Source: Antedon mediterranea (Eukaryota; Animalia; Echinodermata). Taken from it: DNA of 64,000 nt. A program made the translations under genes and the position numbers. The notes beneath the pieces are model-generated. The model was not told where the DNA came from. It saw only the letters and a list, made by a program, of their open reading frames with translations, and ran no database searches. Shown in pieces: positions 13,723 through 26,985 of this stretch. Position 1 is the stretch's first letter; each line of letters starts with the position of its first letter. The DNA lies in the NCBI RefSeq assembly GCF_964355755.1, contig NC_092674.1, positions 29,822,001 to 29,886,000 of the forward strand, written 5' to 3'.

Positions 13723-13849
13723 GCTATATGCGTAAGCCACGCCAGTCTTACACCGTACATTCTACGTGTGAACGTACTCTAACAATGCTCCAAAAAATAT
13801 TTAAGAGAAAGTTTTCAAGCAAAGCTATACATATTATTAATACAGTCAA

Positions 13850-14028
13850 GTCTCCTAATACAGAACTCTCCAAAAACCAGAAACTCTCCGAAAACAAGAC
13901 TTATTCTTAATGACCAAAAGGTCCCAAATTCCTGTTTACCATTAAAAACACATTCCGAATACAAAACTTTCCAGAAAACAAGACATATTTGGCCAACCCA
14001 AAGGTGTCCGGTATTGGGAAATATTGTA
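13850..14028. mobile_element. Tc1/mariner-type MITE remnant (TACAGTC.. termini); relatives at ~19071-19200 and ~42574-42690
   Basis: tacagtcaagtctcctaatac...gtattgggaaatattgta; interior shared with the 19.1-kb copy in inverse orientation. Confidence 0.5.
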
Positions 14029-14747
14029 GGAAAACAAAATTGGCATATTATTTATGAGTAAACACAATCATGTTTTGATATGGCCAATAATTCAGTAACT
14101 CTTACATATAACAGTGACGTCATATGAATATTTATAAGGATGTAATTAATTACTTTAGGGTGAAACTTACAAAAATTATAATTTATTTAAACGTTTCTTA
14201 TGAAGTATGTTTCAACAAAGAACAGGTAATATCATTACCAACAGCAAGAGCATCCTGGTAATTTTGTATGTCTTGGGAATTTGGACAATTAAACCGTAAT
14301 CAATAGTATAACAATAGCAATGTTCTGTAAAATTGTACAACATTTTTAGAACTCTGACGACAGCAGCGATAAATTAAATTGTAATCTAGGCCCCGGAGAG
14401 GAATATTAATTTACATCAAGATAACACAAATTACTGACGTCATTTTATTGTGACCCTGATTGAGACCGAATATTATTTGGACATGATTCGCTATAAATAA
14501 ATGCCGGTAAAACCGTTTCCAATCCTGACTTGTTTCCGCACTAGGTTAGGCCAACAGTTAAATCTGGACAACAATGCACTACTGTACTTTAATAATGAGT
14601 CCATCTTTTCCATACAACATGAATGCATTTTAATGTATTTTGCCGATGGGCCTTGCATTCAATTATAAACAACCTTTAACGTAATCATTCTACACGACCT
14701 TCAAACTCATATTTTATTCATATTTTTTGTTCTAATAGTCTAGTTAA

Positions 14748-16327
14748 AGGGGGATTCTGGGTTTAAAATTGGTTTTAAATATCGTTTATTTATTAAATAA
14801 AAAATATTATAACAATATAGACATGTCAGAATGAAGAAGTAATAACGAGAAATTAAAAAAATTAAATTTCATATACATTTAGGGTAAATTCATGGAAAGT
14901 CTGTTTTTCAGCAGCTTAGGGAAGCTCATTAATATTCATGAGATATTCACAAAATCACGTCACCAGTGGATTCCAAACTCGCGACGTCATGTACGTTGTG
15001 TTTGTCAACTAATTTACATCTCTCTCCCCTGTCAAACGACGACCACCCGATCATTGTGAAATACATTTTTTGTAGATTTTCTGAGCTAGGCCTAAAGTGT
15101 AATAATAACAGTAGTAGCATATATTTATTTGACATTTAATGAAATACAAAATTTAGTACAGATACGGAGTCATAAATTATACTATTTTTATACCTCTATA
15201 GTACAGATCGTATTATCGGCTTCACGTACAATACTACTCTAGGCCTAGCCTAATAATAATATGGGCGAGAGCCATTCTGACTAGGGATTTCATGCCACGA
15301 TGGCTACGTTAAAACAATGGGGCCCATGGGCCTAGCTAGCCTACTACTAGACGATTGGCCCATAAATAACAAAACCCATCCTATCAACCAAACTCCTAAA
15401 CAATCTAAACCTAAAACGTTCTACAAAATCGGCTGTAAATATTGAAGCAAAACAAGGTCCGATCGCCGTCCACACGTATGGTGTCCCAATCGTCTAAGTA
15501 GGCCTAAAATAAAATAGGCTTAGTTTACTCTCCAAAAAAGCGGATACTCATGCATCAAGCAGGTAGACCAGGTAGTAGTAGGAAGGAGACCTAGCCGATC
15601 CGGCCCAGTTAAAAATTGAGCTAGCTAGTGTAGTAGACCCTATGCGAATTGATACTACCAGGCCTTTTACTATACGCTGCACTACACAAATATTCCAACT
15701 CTCTCATTCGAGCTATATTATCTATACCATTCCGGTAGGTCAAGTCGACCTTCAATCAAATACTGTACATCGTTCATGTTGTGATTATAGACGGGGTATA
15801 CTCGACCCGACCAGTTTGGTATTGTTGTATCTGCTTATCACGTGACGATGCCAGGCATGGGCCGGGCAGCAGAGAGAGCACGTGTATTTTCGTCTCGCTC
15901 GATCCTCAGCAGGAATGTACAGTATACGTTACGCTTCATTGATCTTGATTTTTCCCTAAGTCGGTGCGAAAATCGGCAAACGTAAAGTGCAAACATATCT
16001 AATTTTTCACTGTTTTGATGAATTTTCATAAAAAATTGACTTTATAAATGGGAAGACCGACTAAAATTACATCAGATAAGTATAATTTTACAAAAGTAAT
16101 TTATATGGTTTATGATAACGAGTCGTCGGAAGATGGACCATTTCACGAATTTCCTATTTTGTAACCACAGTGTGATTTTGCCGTAGCTGCACTTGTAATC
16201 TGGCCTGATTTCACAGCCTTCGTTCTGCTTCACTGGGCGCTTATATAAATTGAAACTTTTACCGTTCAAGAGACAAACAAATATATTTTACATTTTTTAC
16301 TATTCATTTTAAACCCGGAACCCCCCT
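14748..16327. mobile_element. Non-autonomous Kolobok-like DNA transposon
   Basis: TTAA on both flanks; 22-bp TIRs AGGGGGATTCTGGGTTTAAAAT vs AGGGGGGTTCCGGGTTTAAAAT (2 mismatches); purine-purine termini; no credible ORF. Confidence 0.75.
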
Positions 16328-16629
16328 TTAAATGCAAACCTAAAGTTTGAATAAAAGATTAATATACTGAGAAAATGGGTGTTTCATATTAAAACACTCT
16401 AAACACAGTGCTGACCTTGTTTTTAGCCCACCATTTTGGTATAGGCCCACTGCCTGGGTACCGGCTCACTGCCTGGAATAAACTGACCCCTAGGTATAAG
16501 ATAAGGCCATATTCAAATTTACAGTATTTTTTAAGTAATCTTGGACACTCTTCAGTCAAAAATTTATTTTAGGAACTGTACAATAACTACGGAAAACGTC
16601 TTTCCAAAATGAATGTTAATATTACTTAC

Positions 16630-17025
16630 CTTAATAAAACAAAATGGCACTACTAGTGGACAAAAATAGATCCGCACTGCTTTTGGCAACATTCAAATCT
16701 AAAAACACCGAGCTGGACTAGAAGAATTGACTTGCAGAAGTTACTCTCTGTTCTACACTGAATCTAACCACACTCTGTCTTAGTCTTCTGCTGACTTGAT
16801 TAGACTGATGAGTTTAAACTGAATGCGATAGAAGCAAACCAATGATCCATCCTTCCCAAGATGCTCTCTGAGGAGGTAGATAACATTGTAGGATCAAGCT
16901 AAGATAAGGCTAAGTAGAGATCTTAACTTTTGGTCCAATTCCCCGAGGAAGATATTTTGGAAGTATGGTAGAGCAGATGGGAAGAACAAAAGATGTTTAG
17001 TTATTTATGGGACAGCTGGGAATTG
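16630..17025 (-). promoter_or_regulatory. Probable non-coding first exon and promoter of the TRIM gene
   Basis: Strong minus-strand donor AAG|GTAAGTAAT at 16630; ZNF143/Staf-like motif (tgggaattgtag, ~17017-17028) upstream. TSS not determined. Confidence 0.4.
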
Positions 17026-18369
17026 TAGATAACTTTTTGATTTTAATGACACACATCTCAAAGATATAATTGAAAGCGTGCATGTTGCAAATTAAGTTTT
17101 AGAAGAAAAATTAACTACATTGGCCCTCAAAGGGAGTTTTGGAAATAAGCAGTCCTAAAAAAGAAATTAAAAGCTGCAACAATCAGATTCTGAACTTGGA
17201 ACAGATAACAAATGGGTCAAAAATTTTGGTTGGAAACAATGGTATTGTGATAAGAAAAATTATAATATTTTTAATATAACAACAAAATGTTTAATAACAA
17301 TAAAAGTGAAATGTTGTACATTTCACTTTTGTACACAAAGATAATAATACTTACATATTATGAAACAAATCAATTTAGAGACTTATTTCTTATAGTACTG
17401 TACTAAGAAAACGAGTCATCTCAAAATGCAGTAAATATTCAATTTCTGTAAAACAAAATGTTTAGAACAATAGAAAGTTAAGAGGATACAAGACAGATAA
17501 AAACAATTTCATCATATTCTGAGATTTTATACAAAGAACAAATAAAATAATATTGCATAAGAGTGAATGCTGGAGGTGTACTGTCCCAATACGAGTGGAC
17601 ATCAGAACAACTGGACATCAAAACAACTGGACATCAATACGACTGGACAGCAAGAATCTAAACCAAATGCATATAACAAAACAGTCAACAAAGTTTAAAA
17701 GCTTCAACAAACTCTTTTAAAAGTAAGTTTTAATGGTTTATATGAACAACTATTATATAAAAAATAAAATACAATAATTGTCATCTTCCAGGCTGTACTA
17801 CTTGGTCGAAAAGTTATCCACTTAAGGATTTGGCTCCATTAACTAACTGTTTACGGACCATTACCACGATCCATTCTCTTTCTTGGCACCCACTCTAAGC
17901 TGTTTTTATACATCTCTACTACTTGGTATGACCTGAAAATATCGGATAAATGTCTAAACTGTGACCGTGATTGGTTCGACCGATAAACTTTGTGGTCACC
18001 TCAATTTCCGAAATCCACTTAAGTTAGCTAACCACACATTTGCTATTACAATTTTCAAATCTTCAACACCATTTATTTCAAATAGTGCCTCATTTTTGTA
18101 GTTTTATGAGAGAAGAGCTTACGTCGGATATAGGATACAGGATTTAGACATTATACGTTACATATAATAGGTAGTCTCATGGGCTTTCTAAAGCAGTATT
18201 TATTGTGTTACACAATCATTAATGTATTGTTGCAGTTGAACTTGGTGCTATATTGGGGTCAGACTTGAAGAAGTTAGAAATTTTCTTTAAAATTAGCACA
18301 CAAATTAGTAGCAAACATATCATCATAATAAGTTTAAGAAACCTTGCTTTGGTATGCCTCTATTGAGTG

Positions 18370-18548
18370 GACACACCCCTATTGAGGGGACACACCCCTA
18401 TTCAGAACCACACCCCTATTCAGAACCACACCCCATTCAGAACCACATCCCTATTCAGAACCACACCTCTATTTAAAACCACACCCATATTCAGATCCAC
18501 GCCCCTATTCAGAACCACACCCCTATTCAAAACCACACCCCTATTCAT
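18370..18548. repeat. 18-bp minisatellite CCCTATTCAGAACCACAC
   Basis: About 10 units. Confidence 0.9.
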
Positions 18549-21500
18549 CCATTTTTTACTTTGTAGATTAGAATCTTTAGAATACAGTTTTTGTAAAAAC
18601 CGTTTGGATTTAATAAAAACAAATGACACATACTTTGTGCGTTTGTTGTAACATTGACTAGCTGTATATGACGCTTGCTATGAGTACAATAGAATGCTCG
18701 ATTAAATGAGATTTTGCTAATTACCTATCCCTTTAGTTTCAAACAGTAATAATGCGATGACAAAAATAAATTGCAATATCTCCCCAAGGATATCACATAG
18801 CAAACTACACTGACTGTAAGTTCATACCAGATACTGGGACATACTATACTACACACGTACAACTTTACACAGCCAATCAGAGGTGTTTATTCATCACGGA
18901 TAAAATGGTAAATGAATATTTAATGAGATGAATATAGAGCAGGGTATGGTTGAGAAAGTAGTTTAGGTTCAAGTGCTTAATTGAGGACACAGCAAAACCT
19001 AAGAGTTTAACAATGGTTCCAATATTAGGATGCTACAATATCAAATGGAATTTGCATTTAACCAATACGTGTATAGTCAACTTTCATAATACCAAATACC
19101 TTTGAGCTGGCCAAATATGTCTGGTTTTCTGGAAAGTCTGGAATTCGGAATGTTTTTAATGGTAAAAATGAATTTAGGACCTTTTGGGAAAGTTTCTGGT
19201 AGTGGTACAGTAGGTAAGAAATGTTACTCAAGACATCATTTCTTCCACCAAATTTCTATGGCCTACATGCATCAAGTACTGTACAGACTGTATAGTTTCA
19301 ATTCATTATTGGTATTTTTTAATATTTACAAAACAAAACTGAATTGAAGAGACCTGGGTCAACAAAAATCAATGTGGCAGAGCCAGCTCCATTCAGTTGC
19401 CCCAATGTGTTTCAACGTATTGCATTTGTGAGGAAAACCTAACTCATCATACAAAGTTTAAATCTAATACAGTAATTTACTACGTCGGCTATTTTCACCA
19501 CCCCCATTCTTAATGTTCCATCACCTTTTCACAGGTTCAGACTACGTCTCTCCATCAAGAGACCTGAACACTGTCAGCTGTGCCAAGTGATGTCCCACTA
19601 CATCAATGCAAATAAGATAGAATTACGGAATATCTCGAAGATTGATATAATACTCATACTATGGAATTCTAGGCGATGCGAATCACGATTAGATTCACTT
19701 TAAAGATAATGATGTTGATACGCATCACTTCATTTTCTTTCGAGGCTGATGTGAAGCTTGGGAGTCAAAACGATTGAAAACTAAGAAACTCGCTGCAATG
19801 ATGAATGTATTTGTAACGGGGCGTGAACATTACACATCCGTGAAAACGCACACACACATTCATGAATTCAGTTGTGGTTTTGTTGAATGATAAAATAATT
19901 GAATTCTATTACAGAGAAAACAAAAATAATAATATTCTATATTGTATGTTATTTTATCAGGACAGTTAAAACACAGTTTAAACTATTGCTGCTGTAATTT
20001 ATATACCTAAAAGCTTTAAATGCAATAAGTAATAAATCATTTTTAATAAAAAATTTAATACAGTCATCTGAATAAATACTAATGGGTGGATCATAGCCTT
20101 TGTACTAACTTATTAATAATTATCAAGGTTAAATAAAATAGTTTGCCATGTGTGTCTGTGTGAGGGTTATTTAATATGGGCCCGCATCTTACAGTATTTA
20201 TAAATGAATGGAATCTATTCAGATCATATAATAAGCTAAAAAAGCGAACACTACTATCATCTGACCAGCAATACAATCATTCACTTTAATTAAAATAAAT
20301 AGACACATTTGATACTTTAAATATATTAATTCAATTAATGGTAATTGGTAATTGTGAGAATTAAGCATTTGGTAAACACCATTAATATCACAGCAAAAAA
20401 TTCAACGTGAAACCTATCTACAAGAGCGAGAAAAACCAGTCGATGAGAGACAAAACAATTGACAGTTTTTATTCCACCTAATGATCCATCACAAGTTCAT
20501 TGAAGTGCGTTAAATTAAATACAAAATATGGAATCAGAAAACAATGGATCTTACTGTAGTCTGTACACATCTGTTGGCCAATGCACACTCCTTTGACTAA
20601 ATTGAAAGAAAAGTATTGTCTCATTTCACACTATCAGAGTTTTACATGCAAAATTGTTGTTTAGCCTTTCTTTTATTTGGTAGCAGTAATTAAGTAAAGC
20701 TGAAATCATTAAAAATGTAAACATAATAAATCATATCATTATAAATATATATAGGTATCATAAAATGTTATGTTGGTGATCACCATGGCAAACCATTCTG
20801 AAAATAAACTGGACATTTAACAAAAAAAATATTATGCCTGTGGATTGTTAAAGAATAATCAAATGGTTTACACCTTTTTAAAATATAGTTCCAACTTGAC
20901 TATTTCCATTTTGTTGTTGATCAAACACAATCAATATAGGCCTAATGTGGACAAGAAATATTGTATTATCAATATTAATTTATTGAGAGGCCTGTACAGT
21001 GATAATAATAATTAATATTATTCTTTTATAAGCCTCATAAAAAAAAAATAGAAAACACAAACACCTCTATATTTTGTGATATCATTCTATCAGGTCAATT
21101 ATCAATTAATAACCGATTTAAGCAAGGCAAAAATGGTAAAGCCATCCTAAAAAGCTAGGCCTGCTGAACTATATTGACCACCAAGAAATGCAACTCTGCT
21201 GCAGTGCTGAGAAAGTAGTGTTGTGGCATGGCTGCAGATACACTGCAAAAGAGCGCAGCAGCAGCAGCAGCCAACAAACACGGAGAAAGACAAATAAGGT
21301 CAAATGCGCTTAAAAGAGTATTTAACACATATTTATAAAGTATTAAACAGCAGGTTACAAACCATTCAGTCGGTTCCTTTCTTTCTTTGTAGGCCTAGGT
21401 TAGTACAACTTTAATAAAATGTTGATATTATCTTCTTTTACAAAAAACTCAATAACAAACCGAATCGAGCGTATAGTTGGTACGATCAGATCAGACACGG

Positions 21501-22669
21501 CTCTAAATACAGAGGGCGCTATCGCTTTTTAAAATACTGTAGTAGTCCAGTCTTGTTTTATTGTAAATAATTCACATTTTTACATATTACATAATATTAA
21601 TGTGCAATTCAATCATCTTCGGAACCCGCCGTACCGACTAAACATTAACAATTCCATGAAAAAACTCCATTCAAAAATTATTAATGGATGGTATATACAT
21701 TAAACAAAAAATGATCGCCTCCTCCAACTTTTTTTTTATATCTATTCAATGTAACATTTATATAGTATTAGTAGCGCTCATGAAGTAATTATACCTCACA
21801 GGTAGGCCAACCTTCAACCATTTTAAATGAATTATTCATAACATTTTTGATCTAATAATGGGGGAAAATAACCATGCGACAAGCAAAATAACCCTTTCCT
21901 TCCTTATTTAGGTTAATAAAAATTACTTAGCAATACAAGTTATATAATATATATCCACTATCTTAATCAAATGCCATTTTTAATTGGATAAATAAGTATG
22001 TAGACAATTAGTAAAACAAACAATGAAAAATGGACTAGAGGTACAACGGCACGTGAATTTCCCATAAAAAATGTATATGTGCGTATGCTTAATTGTACTA
22101 CAAACTAGAGTGAATATGAGTTTGGTGTAATAGGGTATGTAAACTTATCTTCCATTGGTTGAATCCCAGGTTCTAATCGTGCTTGAGATGATCTTTTTAT
22201 AATTTACTTATTTATTTTTTATGAGTTGACAAATAGTTTATTGTTTGTGACTAACATACACAAGAAAGGTAAAAAAAAATCTCCTTCTAGCTAATTATAG
22301 ATGGTAGCCGATGATATTTATTGCAAAAATAAATGTTAACAACTTTATTTAAGATGAACATAGTTTGATTGTGAAAATAACAGTTATCTTTGTTTAATTT
22401 TGTCGTTTCTTGTAGGTTGTTTCATTAGCCCCGTACTTAATTAAAAATATTATTTTGTTCCGGATTTTTCTCTGATGATATTGCTTTTCACAATAGCGCC
22501 ATCTATGTAATTATTACTCTATTGCGCGAATTTTGACAGCAGACGGCCAGACTGTGCATGTTGATGTTGAAAAAGAAGAAAAAGTATGTTAATTTGAAGA
22601 ATAATACGGTAATTGACTCATTTATTCATTTTTATTAAGTTCAGCCTATATTATAGGCTAGCTCCGGCT

Positions 22670-22982
22670 AGTAGAGTAGAAGACTAGACTATATCTAGAC
22701 CTAGGCCTAGGGCCTAGGCCTAGGCTAGGCCTAGCCTAGGCTAGACTAGAAAGACCACTCTCCTCTCTATAGGCCTATATGCCTAGCCTAGCCTACCTAC
22801 TCCTACTACTAGGCTAGCCTAGCTAGACTACTGTAGGCCTAACTAGGCCTAGCTGCTTGGGCCAGAGGTAGGCCTAGGCTAAGACTAAGTCTAGCTGAGC
22901 TCCTATGAACTGCTAGCTATGCCTAGTAGTAGGCTAGAGTGCTAGTCTACATAGTTTAGTTAGGCCTACTACTAAACTAGCT
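22670..22982. repeat. Cryptic low-complexity CTAG/TAGGCCTA tract
   Basis: Dense degenerate ctaggc/gcctag units. Confidence 0.8.
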
Positions 22983-23119
22983 GTCCGAGTTGACGTTTTT
23001 ATTATGGCTGCATCTGGACTTGGTTTTTAGTTAGAAATACATAATAAATATATTATATTCTAATCAGATGATTAACATAGGTCTAAGTTTATATTGCTTG
23101 ATGATAAAAAAAGTGTATA

Positions 23120-26100
23120 GGGTCATTCCATGCCAAATCAACAAATCAGTTGGCAGGTAATCTCTTAGATTTTGCTGATTTTTTTTCCTAAGGTACCTCT
23201 ATCTATATAATGAACACATGCAAAAAATTAGCCCTCAATTCCAAGCGGTTTCGGAAATATGGCCGTTTTAAATTTGGTCGTCTCGCCCCATTTTTCGTTC
23301 CAAAATCGCGGAGTTTAATATTTTGTGTTTTTGGAGGCTTATATTTCCACAACGGACAAATATATTAAGCTGAAAATTACTACCCATGGATAATTCCCAC
23401 TCAATAAACAGAATCTCGTGAAAAAAAAATTTGATCTCTACTACTTTGGAAGATACAGCAGTCCGAAAACCCATTTTCGTTAAGCAAAATTAGCTTCTTT
23501 CGATTTTCGGCAGCCCTGTATACCCACAATAGCATTCATAGAGTGTTCAAACTTTTTAATTCTGTTATATAAGTACATACATTTACTCTAAAATAATAAT
23601 ATAATATTTTAAAGCTGAAATAACAAAATAACTAGTACCCAAAGTATGGTCCGGGGGAAAAAACCATGAAAATAGCCCATTTTCTCGTTGACCTTTGACC
23701 CCGTAGATGAATCTTGACAAACTTCAAAATTGCGTTAATTATTAAATACATATCAGATCTATATCTGATTCAAATTTGAAATTTGCAACTCCACTGCTTC
23801 ATGGTTATCTAAATTTTATATACAGTGCTACTTTTTCATTTTTATATACTTTTTTTATACTATAGCCGTTTTTCGTACTTTTTGAGTTCTCTAAACTGAT
23901 AATTAGAACTATTAACATTTTAAAATTAATCAATTTTAGCTAACTTTTTGTGCCGATTCCAAAAATGTAAACAGATTTACCATATCTTGTTTTATTCCTA
24001 TTGATACTGTAGCCTAAAAATGATCGAAAATGAAATTTATAGGATTTCTTTGTACATATTGAAACACAACTTACATGTAAACTGGATGGTATTACTTTGT
24101 ATTTCAACCATGCGCATGCCAATTTTGATATATATGTATGTATAATAATAGTGTTCAGCTATTTAAAATTTGGTAACAGTGCTATAATACGTTTGTGGTC
24201 CGCTTCCAATAATTTGTACTGCCGACCTCCATGACCTTGTATCTCTGGAGTATTAATACCACAGATAATATCCTGAAACGGCACATAACATTGGTTAGCT
24301 GGATTATCTGGTGGCCAGTTAAGATTGCCTGTGCGTATTGATTTTTTCATGAACTTAACATGTACATCACTGTTTTCATCTGAACGTTCATCCATAGTTC
24401 CAATGTACCACTCCTTTCATACATACAAGCAATATATTTACCAGGTTGATAGTCATCATTCGGAATTGAAATGTTTTCTTCTTCACTACCTAACTAAACA
24501 CACAGTGCTGTAAAAGTCATCTTCAGACAATCTGCGCATTTCAAGCTTTCCTGCAGATATACCGGAATAAAGCTATGATGGGAGCGAGTACCCATAATAG
24601 TTTTTGATGATAAATAGCGTTCCTCTCTAGTTTGTAAGCATCTGTATTTTTCTGTACATCCTTATCAAATACAAAGAAGAATTTGATGCCAGCAATATTT
24701 TTAGAGACCCAGTCAAACATTTGAAGAGCCGTGAGGATTTGGTTTCCTTCTGTTGCCTGTAAACTTGTTCGTGCAACAAGCCTCTTCACTGTACCGCAGA
24801 TACCATCACATGGGCTTTTTCCATGACTAGTGGCAAAAAAATGCCACTGGGCATTAATGCATGATCAGATTGGTGATGACATAGGTTTGTGAGGTTTTTG
24901 TAATTTTTATACTGGCTTGCTGCACCATCACTATAGTAAATTAATTTAGTTGTATGTGGTAAGATTTCTTTTAAATAAGATGCCAACACATTTAATAAAT
25001 GCATGAACTGTTGATGTTGCATGTTTAAGGCAGTCCGAAATAACACAGACACTAATGCACTTGAGATCTTCATTCTCCTTATAGTATATAGCAAATGGGT
25101 GGAGTGTTGCCTGGCTATTGTCCCAATAGAATAGTTTTCTGCAAAGTCTAACAGTACGATGGCTTCATCTCCTGCTGCTAACTGCTCTAAGGTTTCGCAA
25201 GTAGTAGGCAGCCTGGGCTAGCTTTTGTTACAAAATAGTGTTGACAAAGTTTATCTAAAGCATCGCATAGTGTCTAAAGGAGTTCTTGAATTGACAGTTG
25301 TAAAGATGCAAGTTGTGTTCTGTCTGTGTGCATCCATTGCTTGTAATTAACAGAATCCTCCATGTCAACTTCGTAGTCTGAGCACACTTGCGACATCGAC
25401 AAATAGCTCATGAGGGCTGCTTTACCAGGACAGTTGGTACAAGACCGCATCATGCAGTCCCGATTACTTATGTCGCATACCATTCTTGCGAGCAGGTCTT
25501 TGTATTCTTGTTTATTAGGAAGAGCTGCAATAAGAAGCTTCACATTTTGATGTTTTTGGCAGACATGGGTATGTCCATGGTTGAAGGATACCACCCAGTG
25601 ACATGTAGTTAGTGGTTTCAATAAACAAAGAAATCCTATAAATTTCATTTTCGATCATTTTTAGGCTCCAGTATCAATAGGAATAAAACAAGAAATGATA
25701 AATCTATTTAAATTTTTGGAATCAGCACAAAAAGTTAGCTAAGACTGATTAATTTCAAAATGTTAATAGTTCTAATTATCAGTTTAGAGAACTCTAAAAG
25801 TACGAAAAACGGCTATAGTATAAAAAAAGTATATAAAAATGAAAAAGTAGCACTATTTATAAAATTTAGATAACCATGAAGCAGTGGAGTTGCAAATTTC
25901 AAATTTGAATCAGATATAGATCTGGTATGTATTTAATAATTAACGCAATTTTGAAGTTTGTTAAGATCCATCTACGGGGTCAAAGGTCAACGAGAAAATG
26001 GGCTATTTTCATGGTTTTTCCCCCCGGACCATACTTTGGGTACTAGTTATTTTGTTATTTCAGCTTTAAAATACTATATTATTCTTTTAGAGTAAATGTA

Positions 26101-26567
26101 TGTACTTACATAACAGAATTAAAAAGTTTGAACACTCTATGAATGCTAATGTGGGTATACAGGGCTGCCGAAAATCGAAAAAAGCTAATTTTGCTTAACG
26201 AAAATGGGTTTTCGGACTGCTGTATCTTCCAAAGTAGTAGAGATAACTTTTTTTTTACACCAGATTCTGTTTATTGAGTGGGAATTATCCATATGTAGCA
26301 ATTTTCAGCTTAATATATTTGTCCGTTGCGGAAATATAAGCCTCCAAAAACACAAAATATTAAACTCCGCGATTTTGGAACGAAAAATGGGGCGAGACGC
26401 CCAAATTTAAAACGGCCATATTTCCGAAACCACTTGGAATTGAGGGCTAATTTTTTGCATGTGTTCATTATATAGATAGAGGTACCTTAGGAAAAAAAAT
26501 CAGTAAAATCTAAGAGGTGACCTGCCCAAATTTTGTTCAGATTTGTTGATTTGGCATGGAATGACCC
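23120..26567 (-). mobile_element. Defective Sola2-like DNA transposon with ~0.93-kb TIRs
   Basis: Termini GGGTCATTCCATGCCAAATCAACAAATC and its reverse complement; TATA on both flanks (4-bp TSD); TIRs ~23120-24053 and ~25625-26567; internal transposase remnants. Confidence 0.85.
24159..25600 (-). pseudogene. Frameshifted, 5'-truncated Sola-type DDD transposase
   Basis: Motifs spread over different frames: CMMRSCTNC, IVLLDFAENY (~25135-25165), WDNSQATLHP, YYSDGAASQYKN, HFFATSHGKSPCDGICGTVKR. Confidence 0.82.
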
Positions 26568-26764
26568 TATATTGTATCGTCCCAATTGAAATAGATAGCC
26601 CGGAAAAAAAAGGGGGGGACTTGTTATATGATTGAGGGTTGGGACAGGGGTCTGGGACAGCAGAGGGTTGAAGAGAGGGAAGGATCATAGTTGTGAAATC
26701 TCAATCTAATAGCAACCACCTCAAACTTGACTTGATGTCTGCCGATTTCATCTCATCACATGTT

Positions 26765-26985
26765 TGTGACATCTCATGTCATTTGACATTTCATCACATG
26801 TTATTTGACATCTCATGACATGTCATTTGACATCTCATGACATGTCATTTGACATCTCATGACATGTCATTTGACATCTCATGACATGTCATTTGACATC
26901 TCATGACATGTCATTTGACATCTCATGACTTGTCATTTGACATCTCATCACATGTCATTTGACATCTCATCACATGCTTTTTGAC
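26765..26985. repeat. 22-bp minisatellite CATTTGACATCTCATGACATGT
   Basis: About 9 units, core nearly perfect. Confidence 0.92.

Noticed and set aside
17780-18075. Possible degraded transposase-like coding remnant
   Set aside because: Stops interrupt the frames and no diagnostic motif could be confirmed.
23268-23474. Near-identical ORFs 23268..23474 (-) and 26204..26410 (+) as a duplicated small gene
   Set aside because: They are mirror copies inside the transposon TIRs with no coding hallmarks.
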